Part shown: one piece after another, positions 13,201-27,686 of the stretch
How the letters are laid out: the number at the start of each line of letters is the position of its first letter
How positions within the stretch are numbered: position 1 is the stretch's first letter
Assembly (NCBI GenBank): GCA_976226885.1
Contig: OZ320313.1
Location: 75,702,001-75,766,000, forward strand
Direction: 5' to 3'
DNA: 64,000 bases
Origin: Iphione sp. A-MEVVRFRX5
Lineage: Eukaryota
Notes under the pieces: generated by a model
Databases searched by the model: none
Seen by the model: the letters and a program-made list of their open reading frames with translations, nothing else
Told to the model about the DNA's origin: nothing
Made by a program: the position numbers and the translations under genes

Positions 13201-16200
13201 AGTCAGAAGGATGCACATGATGGCACTGGACCAATTTAACCCCTGGCCCGCTCCACTTTAGATCGAAGACGGCAGTAATTTTTTGTGGCCAGATCAGGGA
13301 CGAACTTCGTGCACACGGAATGACGATCGTTTATTTGACCTTGGTATCGAAGGAATCCGACAGAGAGCCCTGCTCTTCAAAGACGGGGTGAAGTGTAGAT
13401 GGGCGCCTATGTGAGCAGATGACAGGACTTCTTAGTCCTATGTCAACGCAGCTATCCTTTCGAGGATCACATGCACAAGGTTCGAGTTGGCATGCTAACG
13501 GGGGAGACAGAAGCCGCCAGCAAGTGGCATAGAAATAAGAGTCTATGCAGTCCACAGGACTCGGCCCACGTGACATGGAAATGAGTAGCGGAGGAGGTGT
13601 CATGCAACGTTTGGTGAAACGCCAGCTACAAAGGTTCCCCAGGCGATAGTATGACGAAAATAGGACACCTTCAGCTATCGCCAGCCCCCTTTTTTAGATC
13701 ACACACCGCTGGGTGATGTATGATATCCATCCACTGACGTCTTGTGGGATGCTTTTGGCCAAAAAAAGTTGATTAACAGGACGGTTTGCAACGGGAAAGC
13801 GGTAGTAAACGTACGAAATTAGCCGTCTCTTCGCATGAAACGCCTTCTTCGATATACTACTAACGTAGGTACCAAGTTGAATTCAGTAAAGGATGTGGTA
13901 CATTGTGCCTCGTATAAGCAAGTTCACCCTGGCTATTTCCCTTTCTTATAATATCATCTACATGCGTAATATATACATGTATATAAACGTTAAATAATGG
14001 TGATCAATTTATGTACATATATGTAGGCCTTTCTACTGATATCTAGGAGGGAACAAGAGAAAAAGTGATTTTCAACGTTGTTTTAACCCCACAACCGGAT
14101 AGAACATAGAACACGCCATTTTACCTCTGAATAATCTGTCGCCATAGCGACATTACAAAACCAGAATATCCTTCTTCTGAAATAATCTAAGAAAATGTCA
14201 AGAGTACGTTCCTGGCTCCCAAACTAACACAGTACTCTAGGATTCACCTTAACACGCTATACTCGTATTTGCTCTTAGGGTCTGTAGGGCGGTTTTCCTG
14301 AGACATACTTGATTTGCCGTTAATATCCTTTGATCCCTCCTATCAAGCTCCTGCTGCTTCCTTTCGAAAGGAGGCCAAAATATCTAATTATGGAGTTAAC
14401 GTCGGTCCAATTCCAGTTAGACATGTTCCCACAACGTTCACCCTCTCTCACCTCCACCACATCGACACATGCCCTCTCACTATGGTTTCACCTGTAAAGA
14501 CGCAATTTTTCTCTTCGGAAGAACACGTTTTTACGCAGGCCTACAAAAGCGGATAATTCATCCATGGTTTTGCTCGTTTTCTGCATCGAAGTAGGTTTAA
14601 ATTCCTGTCCTACTTGACGCAACAGCCACACTTGAACACGCATGCACATCTGACTATACATGTTCCTTATTTTGGAGAATAACTTACTAACTAGGGACAA
14701 TATGTTCCTGCACTTTACAATCATTTCTCCTAAATTGGTGAATGCTCTAGATGGATGTTGCCACGTACCCTTGTCAATGTCCACCTGGGAGACAACATAT
14801 TTCGGCATGATAACGTCACCTAATTTACTGAGGTGTTAAATGCTAGTCGGACCTATCAAAGCTTTATGTAATCATGATCGCAGTTAATCAGCCAATTGTT
14901 CCCCGAAGAATTCTGAAATCTTTAGTCAATTTCGTTGGGTGACATCACAGGAATAAGGAATATGAGTCCTCGTTGCGTGCTACAAAATATCTTTACCAAT
15001 AACAAAAGCATCTTTAACTTGTGTACGGTGCTTCCGTAAGGCATACATGAGCTGAATGTGCTCGATGACACTTTGTCCCTTATTTCCCACTTTCATAAAC
15101 CATGTATGATGTTCCGCATCCAGTTCTCCTCTCCAGCCTCCCGCATTAATGTTTCACCCACCTCAAGCACGGGTCACGCCTGCAATAGGCAGTGCCGTCT
15201 CTAATATGAATGACCACAGGTCGCTGGGCTGTACGAGGTCGTATGCAGGGAAACCAGCCGGAACTATGCAACTGACAAACTTTGGAGCCTGACCAGAGAG
15301 TGATTTATAAGGTAAGGGACCAGAGGAGGTTAGGCAGTGTGCGTAGTGTGGCAGACATCGTCTTTTCGCTAGCATCATTTATTAGCAGCACAAGCAAGGC
15401 TCCGTCTGGGCTCAATTGGCTCACTGATCGGTTCAGTTGGTGGGAGTGCGGTGGTGGGGGGGTTGGGGATCAGACTATTGATTAGTCACCACCATGCGGC
15501 GAGGCGGTCAACACCTGGCAGCCTCCTGTATTTATTTCTTGCCCGTACGTGATGATTGTGGGCTGCCACCTCTCATTCCTCGCGGGAGGGCGTTTGTAGT
15601 AAATTTTTGCTTCCCGTGTGGGAGTGAACTAGCCGCACGGGGTCGTGCATGTGCACGGCGGCAGTTGCAACCTCTTCCGTTAAACAACAGTATGTTCTAA
15701 TGGACATAAATAAGGCAGACAGTCTTGTGAACATCTGTGCTTCTTGTCTGGATGACATCAGGAGTCTAGTCTGTCGCCTGAGGTTATTGTGATTAGCTAC
15801 AGAAACCTCGCTATATTAGATTAGCACAGTAAGTACAGGCTGAGCAATTTCGACTCCTCATTGTGTCGCACGGTATTGCCACCCTAGCTAGAATAACCCA
15901 CCTCTAATGCTACATATTTTTTCAGACTCTGGTTCTTATACCCTCATCTTCCCTGCTAATAATTGCCAATCAGTTCTGGCTGAGAACGTGATGTTCCCTA
16001 TGCGAACCACCGTGCTGTTGCCAAACGGAGGCCACCCGAAAACAGGACGTAAAAGACAATTAGTCGACCACTGGCTGTCAAATGAGGCCAGCCATCTTCA
16101 TTTAGATCACAGTGAATTAAGGTTTGTTGAAAATTGCATTGCCTCCCTCCTCAAATATCCAGTCTGAAAAACATTATTTCTGCACAAGACCGTATCCATA

Positions 16201-19200
16201 GTTCTTTTGTAGTTAATCACCGACCATTCGATTGCAATAGAAAAGGTAAGCACAACGACATCTGTAAGAATCGTACCGCAGGGTCTGCGTGACCGGCTTT
16301 AATTTCAGTTTTGATGTGCAGGATCAAAGCATTTCAGCAACACGGTGTTCCTCAGTGGTTTCCATGAGGACAGCTTTCTCATTCTCATCAGCGGATTACC
16401 TCTCTTTACACAAGCTTTCACGTTTCGGCTTCGGCGAAAAGAGTGCATGATTAGATTTGAAGAAAGCAAATGCCAAAGGGTACTAAGGAGTGTTTTCTTT
16501 TCAGAGATTTTCAGTACTCTAAAACAAAGCACGTTTCCTACTCTGAGCAATATGGATATTTACTGGAAGACAGCGTAAGATATCAGTAATAGCTTGACCT
16601 ATAATTGTTCCATGTGAAAATTGGACTGACAAAGCAGGGATGTAACTGAGGTCCTCTGGTACGTGCGATCGATAAAGTGTTCTGTTCTAAATCTGCATTA
16701 CCATCTGTCGATGGCCTCGACATCAGACGGCTTCAATACTTTCATCTCTACACCTTAATGGCGAAACCCCAGCGAAGACATCATTACGATGATTTCAGTG
16801 GAGCCTACCTACCAAAAAGCAAGCGAATACAATATAAGATTGTATCATGAAACGTCAATTTCCACTTTCATCAAAGGGTACGCTTGTAATCGACTTTTCC
16901 ATTATTTAGTCAAGTAGCATTCCCCTTATATTAAAGATAACACACCATGAGTCTATTCGGTTCTCTGTGAGCAGGATTCCATCTGGCAATGACATTTCCT
17001 TTTTTCATTTCATTCACCTCATAAGCACACATATGCACAGTTACAGGTCTAAACCTGTGCTGCTGGTTCTCGGTAACCGCTATTGGAACCGGTGCTTTTC
17101 ACTACTGCCGCGACAGGAATGATTAGGCGTTTGACGTGCTGACATTCACTGGCTGGGAGATCTTTTTGAGCCATAGAGAGCCAGTTCACTGTTGACACAT
17201 ATGTGGGCTCGAAGAGAGGCTAATGTCAATTAGTTCGCTTGTGCAGGTATTGGCTGCTCAAGCCAGGAGCACAATGGCTTTTTGCAGTTTTGCCCACGTG
17301 TATTTTGCTAAGGCTGGACAAGATTTCGGATGTCTGTCACCAATACCTCATCATATCGGACAGAAAAAAACCACAGATTAAATCACCTACTGCTTGTTGG
17401 CCGGCTCAGCGTGCAGAGTCCCTTTCATTTTCTAACCGTTAGGACGAGTAAAAACATAACATTTATTCGAGACCACTTCAGGTCTCGATATGACCAGACT
17501 TCATGAATAGCTAGCAGTTGAGGTTTGAAGGAGACCAGAAAGACAAGCTAGTAATGGTAGTCATGATGGGTACATCAGTCTGTTTTATTGACATGTCTTG
17601 CCATTTATAATTGAGAAACAAATGAAATGCATTGCTTGATGATGTTTAACAATGCTGACTACGTCATAATGTTTTTCCCTGCCAAGTCTATGCTGATATT
17701 CACACGAGGAAATAAATGTTAGAGGATAGTTTATGTGTCTATCCAGCTTCTAAAGTGGTACAAAGCCCCTAGAAAACAACGTAGAAAACATAGCCTCATC
17801 TTTTAAAGAAAAAGAGCAAAACAGGGTAATGAAGGGGTGAAAAACGTTTATACAGTGTGCAACATGGGCCTGGTCTCTGATAAGTAAGACGCTATGAAAT
17901 AATAGCAATGATTATATCAATAATTAACATATCTGGTTCACTCCAAATGCAGAAAATTAACCTGCTGAAGTCTAACTCTCTTGGAGTGCATGTGAGAGAA
18001 TATCTGTTTATTCATTAAACCAGTGTGCTTCACACGATTTTCGATTTTTCATATTTTGACAGCACACTGGTTTTTATCAAGATCTGACCACTAAAAATGA
18101 AATTAAAAGAAAAACATGAGAACTCCCATAAGGCAACCAACCTCCCAGAATTCACTGAAACCAAACTTGATGTTCCGAAACAATGCCTTTTTATATAAGG
18201 TATGTAAAAATGTACATCCTTATATACTGCAGAGTAGGTCATGATGATTACATAAGACTTGCTAAAAATAACTTACCTCTCACTTCTGATTGGTTATGCT
18301 AGTAACAATAGTGGAGTGGATAATGAAGTGGTCATGTAATCACCCCAGGTATGCTCTGATGCAATACCAATTAATGCTATTACATAACAGCAATTAACTC
18401 TGTTGTCTATTCTTAGTGAGGACAAGCATGTCTCCACTACAAGTGTATAGGCAATTCACAGTATAGTAAATATATAGTATTACCAGTAGTTCGAGGTGTT
18501 TTATGAGGTGATGACTTTCTTTTGTTGCATGCTAATTGACACTTTTAGCTTATAGTATCAGAACACTCAAAGGGAACTGATAGAGAAAAAACGCGCTGTG
18601 GTTTAACTTTGACGCATCTGGTGTTCGACCTCTTATAGAAATGATTCCCATTTTATCCACGCTCATTCACTGTTGACCCATTTGACTGTGAGTCTGGTGA
18701 GCCAGGCACTCAATGTCATTCGTGCCCATGCTGGGTTTTAGGATCAAAGAAACAGGTACCATTTTTATCTAAAGTGTTATTTTCAATTTTTTCTGTCAGG
18801 AGTTATGTACGCCAGGGAAGCGATGACGTTCTTTGTTCATCATAGCAGGAGAAATCTGATGAAAGACGAAGAAAAGTAGAGAAAAAAGATATCAAATAAA
18901 GTTGTATTTATATTTTGTTTTAGAGATAAAAGGTATTAAATTAAGTTGTTTATTATACTTGTTTTAAAAATAAAAATTAAATAATAACAGAAGCTGCATT
19001 ACATTGGCTTTGGTGGTGGATTGGGACAGACTCTAATGAATTAATTGTTCTCTGCAAGGGAAACATGCGAACTTTGCCTGCTTTCTACTAGTCCCTGTTA
19101 TCAGAATAATGTTTTTTCCGTAGTTTTCTGTCCCTGTTTAGCATGTTTGTCTTATGTATAAAACGAACTAACATTCCAATTATGCTACACCTCCACTATG

Positions 19201-19696
19201 TCAACCATGGCTTAGAAATGTGCCTTCTAGTGAGTATCTGGTTACTTGATTTACTTTTTTGGCTCGTACTAGTTTTTTGCTTTGGTGTTCGATTTTGCTT
19301 GAGATTTGATCAGCAAAATCCATCACTCTACACAAGCATTTATGAATAAATCACATAGGGTAACAAAGACCCGCCGAGAGCGTTGTTCTGATACCACATC
19401 CAGATGAAAACTGATGGATCCTGCAACACATGCTCATGATTTCAGCTCTAGTGTTAGAGACAAATCTCACATATTATACAGCATTTCTCACATATTATAC
19501 ACACGTGCAAGTCTTTTATATGTGACAGAGCATCATTTATTACATAAAGCAGTATCTATTTATTTCTTCATAATTGTTGTGTGATGTCTGAGTTTATCTT
19601 AATAGTGTGCTATTTTTGAAACTTAAAACTCGTCCTAGGTTTGGCCTACTAGACTGCTCTAGCTTCTGTACGAGTCACATAGTGGTAACATCACAG

Positions 19697-20070
19697 ATGG
19701 CTAAGTGCATATTAGTACAAACCACCCTCCATCGCGTGTATCTTGAAATGTGAGAGTAAAATTGTCGTGGGAAGATGCCCATACTGGTTAGTGATTACAC
19801 TATAAGAATTTAATCTTGGCCAGTCCTCCACACAAATGTCGTCAATAGCTATTCAAATAAGCCTAACTTACATAACAGAATTGTCTGATCATGCTGTTTT
19901 ATGCATGCAGCAGGTATGGCGATGGCAAAGTACATGTCAGCAGTGAAGGAAACCTTAAATCAAACCATGCTCCATCTCTTGTATCTCGATATAACCATAC
20001 TGGTTAGAGATCATACTATCAGAATTTATCTTAATGCCAGTCCTCCACACAGATGTCTTCTACAGCTAGC
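19697..20070. repeat. Degenerate tandem duplication, period about 220 bp
   Basis: Shared blocks: gatggc.aagt.cat (19697/19921), aaacca..ctccatc (19719/19962), catactggttag (19780/19996), gccagtcctccacaca.atgtc (19819/20036). Confidence 0.8.
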
Positions 20071-20289
20071 GATGTTACAAAAACTCTATCAGAAGTTTCT
20101 ATCATCTCTAAGTGAAAACTTCCAAATGGCTGTTACAGAATAATGTATATTATTTTGAGTTTGAGCTTGACTTTATTGAGCTAATACAGTCATCAAAACA
20201 ATGAAGTTTTTCACCTGCTGCTCGAAAAGGTTCCATATGATTTGGCAAAAAAACTTATGCTAGTGACATTAACCTTCTGTTTATTTACA

Positions 20290-21480
20290 ATAAGTTCAAT
20301 TCAAGATATCAATCTTCTCCTGAAGGACCACGTTTGGATTCTGCTTTTCCCCTCAGCAGTCTTATCCAGGTTGTTGTAGCACCCAATTCCTGAATGTGGG
20401 TATAGCTTCTTTGATAGATATTTGTTGTTCACCTATCTGCAAGCAGTCGTCCTCTCCTTTTCTCCCTGGTTATGGATTGTCTTCTTCTGCAAATTTCCAG
20501 ATTACACTTATCGTATATTGATAATCCAAGAGAGGATAGCATCTGTGTATTCGATTCAACATTTTATGATTTGATAGCCATTCTATTACCATTCTTTTAG
20601 AACACCACCCTTGAATAAGTACATTTCCTCACTGCAGCAATGAAACAATTTTTCCAGAGGTTCAATCATGCCTGCTGGCAAACCTATCAGATAGTGAATA
20701 GCTGATTTGATATTGGACAAATGTAAGGAAACATGTTTTGACAGTTATTCACCCAGGAACTGTTTTGCTCTAGATATAAGAAGGCTTTGAGTATATCCTT
20801 TGGACCTTTTTTATCCATAACGTTTTTCACTCCAAATATAACCTAGGTAATTGAATTCCCTAGCTGAATCTAGTTTGACGGTTTCATCCTGAGATCAAGG
20901 TAGAATTTTACAGCTGTGCCATAGTTCAAACACTCACTGTCCTCCTGGTATAGAATAAAGCCATTTCCATCACATAAGGAAAATGGTTACTCCAGGAAGT
21001 GTTGCGTTTTCAACATAAGGGATACGGTATCCATCTCGACAAATAGAAAATGTGATATTATCCTCATCTACAAATAATCTTGATGGAAAGAGACGTCTTC
21101 TATATCATAAAAAGCACATTATGAAAACCAACCATGGACCAAAAGTTGCCCCCTGTGGCATGCCAATTCTCACCTCTTTCCACTGTGATCTATCTTCATT
21201 GCAGAACATTTGCTTCATGCTTTGGCTTAGATAATACGCGAATCCTTTCTAGGCAGTTCTGCTAAAGTCCTGATTCCATTGTTTACCAATTAGAAGGATA
21301 TGATTTACTAAGGCAAGAGCCTTTAACAGGTAGGTCTTAAAACGTACATACCACATATCTGGACTTATGTACATCTTCATGTATGCTTTTCAATAATCTG
21401 AATAAGCTTACAGCACGAACTTTGTATTCTCGGGACCCAAACTGAGATCCCATCAATATATTGATATTTATGATCAGAAA
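20290..21480 (-). mobile_element. Decayed CR1/L2-type LINE reverse transcriptase and C-terminus
   Basis: RT motifs appear in the correct order on the minus strand, with stops and frameshifts: SQFGSR (21430-21447, cf. QFGFR), LKALALVNHILL (21291-21326, cf. KAFDxVxH), FAYYLSQ..QMFCN..SQWKEVRIGMPQGATFGP (about 21139-21240, cf. GVPQGSxLGP), LFVDE (cf. FADD), FNYLG (20842-20855), terminal SFRRRLIS* (20301-20327). Confidence 0.85.
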
Positions 21481-24400
21481 AGCAATCAATTACTAATGCC
21501 ATGTATCAGTCGACTTTATCAGCTATCCAGCCATCGTAGTGAATAAAGTGCACTACACCAATGTTGTATACCGAATGAAGAGGCATACATGCTGTGTAAG
21601 GCGACTACTAGCTGTTGGGTTATTGCATTTTCTGTGGCTGCAAAACAAGTGAGCATTCTGTTTGGATCGACTATATCTGCAAATTGGATCATTGAAAATG
21701 GTGTGATTTTATGCTGAAAAATGAAGATACAGTAATTGCTTTGCACCTTCAGTGCAGGAAACGCGAGCTTTTACAAAAGCATCGAATACAATTCTCTTGT
21801 GATTTTAGTAATTGATAGCAACGAGAGGTGCGTTGATCTCGCTTGTCGTGCTCGAGGAATGAAGCCCCGCGCTTGAAACCAGGCACCCCGGCCTGGCCGT
21901 GTTATTACCAACAGCACGGCACCAGAGCAACCAAATCCTGCAGCGATATCCACCGACTCATGCAATGGCCTCATCGACGACGCGAGGGTGGGGGAGGGCG
22001 TCGCTAGTGCTTTTGATCCTCTACGTTTTGGTCTTTTGATGTTCGAGAACTGACATACATATTACAGAATCTACAACCGATAAATACGTAAGCGTGCCTG
22101 CGACAACCATGATAGTCGTGTGTATTATTTCGAAGCCGCTCGTAATGGTTCTCCTCAGTGTTATGGGTATCAGGGTATCAGCATCGGCCATTACCTTGAT
22201 TAAGGTATATATTTCATACGTAGATAGGTCCTTTGTGTATACCAGCCATTCCATAGCGGCTTAGGAACTACTCGCTAATCGAAAGGTTGTATTTATAAAT
22301 GTACCGTATCCTACACTCGCAATCGACGCGCAGCTCACGTAAGTTTTTATACATTTTTATATATTCTCTTTGACAGCATGGACCACGTTTGGAAAATGTT
22401 CCTCTAGATTCGAAACTAGAATGGTGCTTATGGTTATTCAAGTCCCATCGACTGTTAGAACCGAGCAGAGTAGCAACAGACACCATTGGATGAGACATTA
22501 TTTGATCGCGTCTTGTCGCTAGTCCCCGGGAGCTCGGAGTGCTTCACGGCTGGCACATGGGAGGAGGGCCTGGCCCAGTTCATGGCATCGCCTGCCTTCC
22601 CATACAGCCTCACTGTTGGCATAAGACGATAAGGTCATGATCGAAATTCTTCCCGTCCTAAATTTCCTCCAGAGCCAGACGGTGGAAAGGTCTCAACCAC
22701 CTGATGACAGGCGTTTTCTCAATGTGGTTCTTCCTCTGAAGGCGCAATACATGCTCATGTGCTACTTCATTATATAGGCAATAAATCGCAACACGTACTG
22801 GTCGTTTATAATGTTAGCTAGGTTACCTGTGGCAGAGTATCAAATTAGTGATTACGCGATTGAAAATATTACCAGGTTTTGTTCAGACTTAGTCGGATGT
22901 TTTTTTTTTGTGCTCCTCATAATAGGAGAATCTTTTACAACCATTGTATAGAATATGAGTACATGTAAAACTAATGACGCGTAGTGAGAAAAAAATTGTC
23001 ATCACTATCTGAAGATTTGGCATACGGCAATTGCTGTCTTCTCCATTTACACAGGAATATTTCGTACTACTCATAAGTTTTGAGCCACAGTATTAAACTG
23101 AAATGCATTTCTGTAGTACTCTGGAAGCCGGAATGCGCAGCATTTAGATTTGTGTGGAGCTAAGGCAGGAGTTCTTGGAAAGCGGTATCGATGCACTTAT
23201 AGATCAATATTCAGTTTATGGACAGTCTCCATGTTTCCATAGAGATTGTCCTAGGAATTAAAGCTTCGGATGGGAACATATTTAGAGCAGGTAATGCATA
23301 CTTCATTAGCTTATGGAATGTTTACTCAAAATAAGTGTTGCCTCTGCACGTGCATGCACATGCATGGATACTGCCCAACAAAGCAAGGTATCGAAAAGTA
23401 AAATTTGATAATCGATGCACATGAGGTTTTCCTTTCATATTGAATTCCAACCGACTCATTTGGCTTTGCACTTTTTTTTGGTCAAAATGTGACTTGAATG
23501 GTACTCATTTTATTATCCAAATGAATTATTTGTCTTTGTCACAACATTGGTTCCCCTGGAACAGTTGGCACGAAAACGGAGTGTCTTCATTCATAATGCC
23601 GATATAGATACCTGGACAGTACAAGATTATCTTTATCAAATGGAGAGTTCTGATATGGTGTATCTAATACGAAAGTGTTACAGATGATAAAGACGAAGAT
23701 GACGATGAAGAATAAGGACTTGCAAACATGTAATTGATATTACTGATATTGACGCATGTGAAGGAACTGTAATTCCCGGGGATGATTAGCGTGTCTCATG
23801 ATCATCTTAAGAGTGTGTACTATCGCTGTTGAACTTGGTAATCTGATCAAGGGAACTTCCCTCAGTGCAAGTCTTCTCCCCATGCTGGAATCCTTTTGTT
23901 ACGATGCAACCAAGGGTGGCGTAGCCTGTGGTGATAAATAATGTATGGCTACCCCTGGCCACATCAGCGTAACGAGAGTGTAACAGCTGTATTAGCATGG
24001 GCCGTGGGTTAATTTATTCATGCCCTCGGTCAAGGAGGCTAAGCACAACACTCTTTTTTACCTTTTAAACCAATCATGTTTTTTTTAGATTACAAGGAAA
24101 AGATCGATGTGTCTGGGATGGGAGATACATTGCAAAAAGTGTTTAGATAGTAGTATTGGAGTCATTTATAGCGAATTATGTAGACACTGAGCAGATAACG
24201 CTCAAAACGGACAGTGTCCCGGCCTATTTATTCATCAGATGAGCCCTTCATTTTTAATGCCTGAGGAGAGGTTACGTCGATAAGCCAACCTTCGGTTTTT
24301 GCTTCAAATATTCACTTCTAGATGGAACATTCCAACAGAGCAAACAATGCTGCTTTCGTCGAATGCCCTTAAGAAGTGTTTCTGTGCTACAACATCTGTG

Positions 24401-24714
24401 CGTTTCCCAGGCTAGCCGTCGGCACATCAGGCTCAGAGAAGTGGGATATGTCGTTGTAAAAGCATGAGCGATGTATTTTTTGTTGTATATTATATACATA
24501 CTTTACTGTACAACACTGGTCCAAAATAGTCCCATTTAGCATTTTGCTTTAGACCACACCATGTGTTCCAAAAATCAAACAGAATCAATTCGGTACAAGA
24601 GGCAAGCCAGGCTGTGACTTAATGTGAGCAGAAGTGACGGAGGTCTTTGTTTGCGATTCAGGTTAAGTAGCAATTGCATTTCGATTGATTCTTACGCTTC
24701 GTTTCTTATTGTAG

Positions 24715-25398
24715 GTATTGCAGCTGCCTAAAGAGGGGAAGGAGGCGGATAGTGTCCACTACACATATCCTAAATATGAGACGCTGTATTTCTCATGGGG
24801 GCTTTTCGACTGGAGCCTTAGCGTCTACCCATTCGGCGACTGTGCCGAGACGGACGGTTTTTCATTAGTGTACCTGACACGACAGACGAGCTTCGACCAT
24901 CTGTGCCGCGTGCGTTACAAGATAGCTCTAGGAAGCGGCGACCGTCGCACCGAGTCCACCACCATCGAGCAGATCATCGACATGTCCGGCACGGGCACGC
25001 CCTACGACAGCGGCTTCAACATTTACCAGTTCGCCAGCGGTAAGGGCCGCCTCCCCATTCGTGTAGAGCTGCTCGCCGTTACGGCCATCAGCGAGGTCGA
25101 GCTGCAGCCATTCACTCGCGGCAAGAACAAGGCCCATCTGTACGACCGCGAGAAGCAGGCGTGGATGCTGGAGGCGGACGTTAGCCTCGACTGCCTGCGC
25201 ATGCGGATTTACTACGCCGACGTGCATCACGTACCGCGCAAGTTCATGCGCTTCGTCGCCTGGGCGCTGAACGTCGTGCCCACGCACGGCCATACCAAGC
25301 GGAGGACGCACGCCCTCGGCTCGCCCTTCTGCAACTACTACGTGCAGACGGACGCGGACGAGGGGATCGACATGGTCACCGAAATCCCCGTTCAGGAG
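24715..25398 (+). CDS. Tandem MATH/TRAF-like domain protein, exon 2 (second and most of third MATH-like domain)
   Basis: Phase-0 acceptor at 24714, 228 open codons with very high GC3, and donor GAG|GTACGA at 25399 (phase 0). Motifs include YETLYFSWGLFDWSLSVYPFGD, LVYLTR and YDREKQAWMLEADV. Confidence 0.88.
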
Positions 25399-27686
25399 GT
25401 ACGATCACTTTCATTCCTCACCGCACAACAAATGTGCATGTCCAGAGAGTCTCTCCATCCCTTTCCTCGCGCATCTTTTATGGTTACTGTTACTGTACTG
25501 TTGGTTTCAAAAAGGGGAAAACTGACGGTCAAGGAGTGTTAATATTGTCAATTCTCTGTTATTCTATACACGATCGACATAGTTTCGGTACACCTTGGGG
25601 TGTTTCCTCCAACTACAGTGCATGTGTATACATGTGTTCTGCCGATCTACCCGAGGTGTCCCAGAAACCACGTCTGTTCTAAAGAATATTTTGCAGCTAA
25701 CAGAAATGGATAGACCTTGTCAATTCCGCTCTTTATTTATTCATGGTAATTGGCGATAATAGCCACTCGTCAAGCGGGAGCTATTCATTTTTGAGAGACA
25801 TGTTAGAAAACAGCCGTACGTTAGAGACCCAACACACAAGCCATATAGGGTCATCATCCACGCATCTTTCGACACACATCGAAAAAGACCAAGAGTAACT
25901 TAGGTTTCCTGTGTTCACTTGTTGCATTTACCATATAAAATATCTTTATTTACTGGCAGTCCGCTCTCTAAAATGCGTTCGGAACAGTTCTTCCGTAATT
26001 GTAAAATACTCGATATCAATATAAAAGCAGCTTGAAGGAGAAAAAGGTGTACTGAAACATTAACAAACATAAACCTAGTGGACGTCATGTGAACATTTCA
26101 ATTTCACCTCATTCTATGAAGTAGTAGCGGGCCCAAGTGAGATATAAGGTCAACAAACCACCCTTTTTAAGAGCTTGAGGCCTTTTTGTTTGATTGGTAT
26201 ATAGGCTCGCTGTGGTCCCTTTGGATGTTACCTGACTATTGCTTCACTTTATAACGCCACGTCGGCAAAATGCAAACTTTGTGAGTGCAAAGCGTTTGCA
26301 TTGGTGCCACTCGATAGTTCGAACACTGGCAAGATGATAGTGTGATGAAGGGGTCTGGGGTCCGTCACTGCGCGCTCAGCGTTGGCAGTGCCCAGTTTGT
26401 CACATGGGCGGAACCTCAGCCGGCAGGCTGTCTCCGATGGCCACCACCAAGACTCTGATCTATGTGATATTAATGCCGACGTGTCCCGACTCTGCTCGCG
26501 CATCACGTACAGCGCCCGGGGAGGTCAGGGGAGGCGACCACTTCTTGCATGAGAGCCACCAACTGTATGCCAACAGTTACCCCGCCCCCTCAACCCCCAG
26601 CCCCGGCCTTCTACCAACCACCGTGGCCAGATACATTTATTCAGAAGGATTTGATATGCTTCCCTGGTTTGAGAATTTAAAGGTGAACGGAAGGGTCAAA
26701 CGGCAAGCAATTAGTTTCCGAAAAGTTTCCTACGTGGCAACTGACGTCAGGCAGAACCCGATTCTTGCGATGAGCGTTATTGCCTGATATTTTTCTTATC
26801 CACTTTCCCCCAAAATCAATTTTTTTGGCGGTGTAATGTGTCTAATTATGGAAACGCCATTCCAACTTTTGGCCTGGCATAAAGATCCTTGTGTACACTA
26901 GGAAAGGTGTAATATGATGTGGAAAGTTCTTCGTGATTGACTAGACCGCGCATTCAAAATCCTTCATTCAATCGGTGTTTTGTTATTCTATCTCACTTCC
27001 TCCGACACCCGCTATCGGATGCCTTTTAGGATCATCTGTCATGCGTTTTTTCTCCTTCTGCGATCGTAGTTCTCTGTTACACGCTTCGTTTTTCAGACGT
27101 CAATGAAAAGGATCTTTGTATCTCCAACGCATCATACAATGCTCTTAATCATAGTTCATCTTTGAATCTATCGCGCGCGCCGGCAGAGCAGGCGAATTCA
27201 CTTTCACTCAAGCATGTTCTTCTCATCATAGGATTCCATATACGATGAAAAAGGCGGGAGGTGGATTTCAAAAGTGCATTCGAGAAATGTATCGACGTGT
27301 CCGCCCCATATCACAGTTTAGCGTTTGATTCCCTTTCCGAGACAAGGGGACAGTTTTTGACAAATAGATTGTGTCATGGAGTCTATTACATGTATTTGAC
27401 CAGAAGCGACCCCGCGTATACTGAATGGGCAACAAAATGAGGTGACTAAGTTACATAGCAGTGCGACAGTTATAATGGCTCGCATCCTATACGCAGGGTG
27501 CAGGTCTGTTATGGTACTGCTAAAGTAAGTATCGTGTCTATTGTTACAAAACGCGATTGCTTTTAGGGAATTACCAGACAGTGTTTGGTATTTATGACTG
27601 CAAGACCTGATAGCAGAATAAATTTAAAGCAGATCATTTTCTGACATGAAAATAGCCGTCCAATCAAAACGATTTGGAGGCACGAA

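Larger units (their letters stand above)
9276..24714 (+). other. Intron 1 of the MATH-like gene (15,439 bp, phase 0)
   Basis: GT at 9276 and tttcttattgtAG ending at 24714; the flanking exons join in frame (FEQ|VLQ). Small undetected exons inside it cannot be excluded. Confidence 0.7.

Noticed and set aside
14488-14808. 106-aa minus-strand ORF with KLFSKIRNMYSQMCMRVQV, like a LINE RT segment
   Set aside because: The expected following GxxQG motif is absent in the frames I checked, so it is unsupported.
16340-16395. Hammerhead-like CTGATGA...GAAA on the minus strand
   Set aside because: Stem II lacks the closing G-C pair next to GAAA and stem III/GUH does not form. Other CTGATGA sites checked by eye also failed.
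24928-25311. 127-aa minus-strand ORF
   Set aside because: Antisense shadow of MATH exon 2.
25399-25542. Exon 2 frame reading through 47 codons into intron 2
   Set aside because: Composition drops to intron-like immediately after the donor, and the MATH closing motif is supplied by exon 3. Chance read-through is more likely than an alternative C-terminus.
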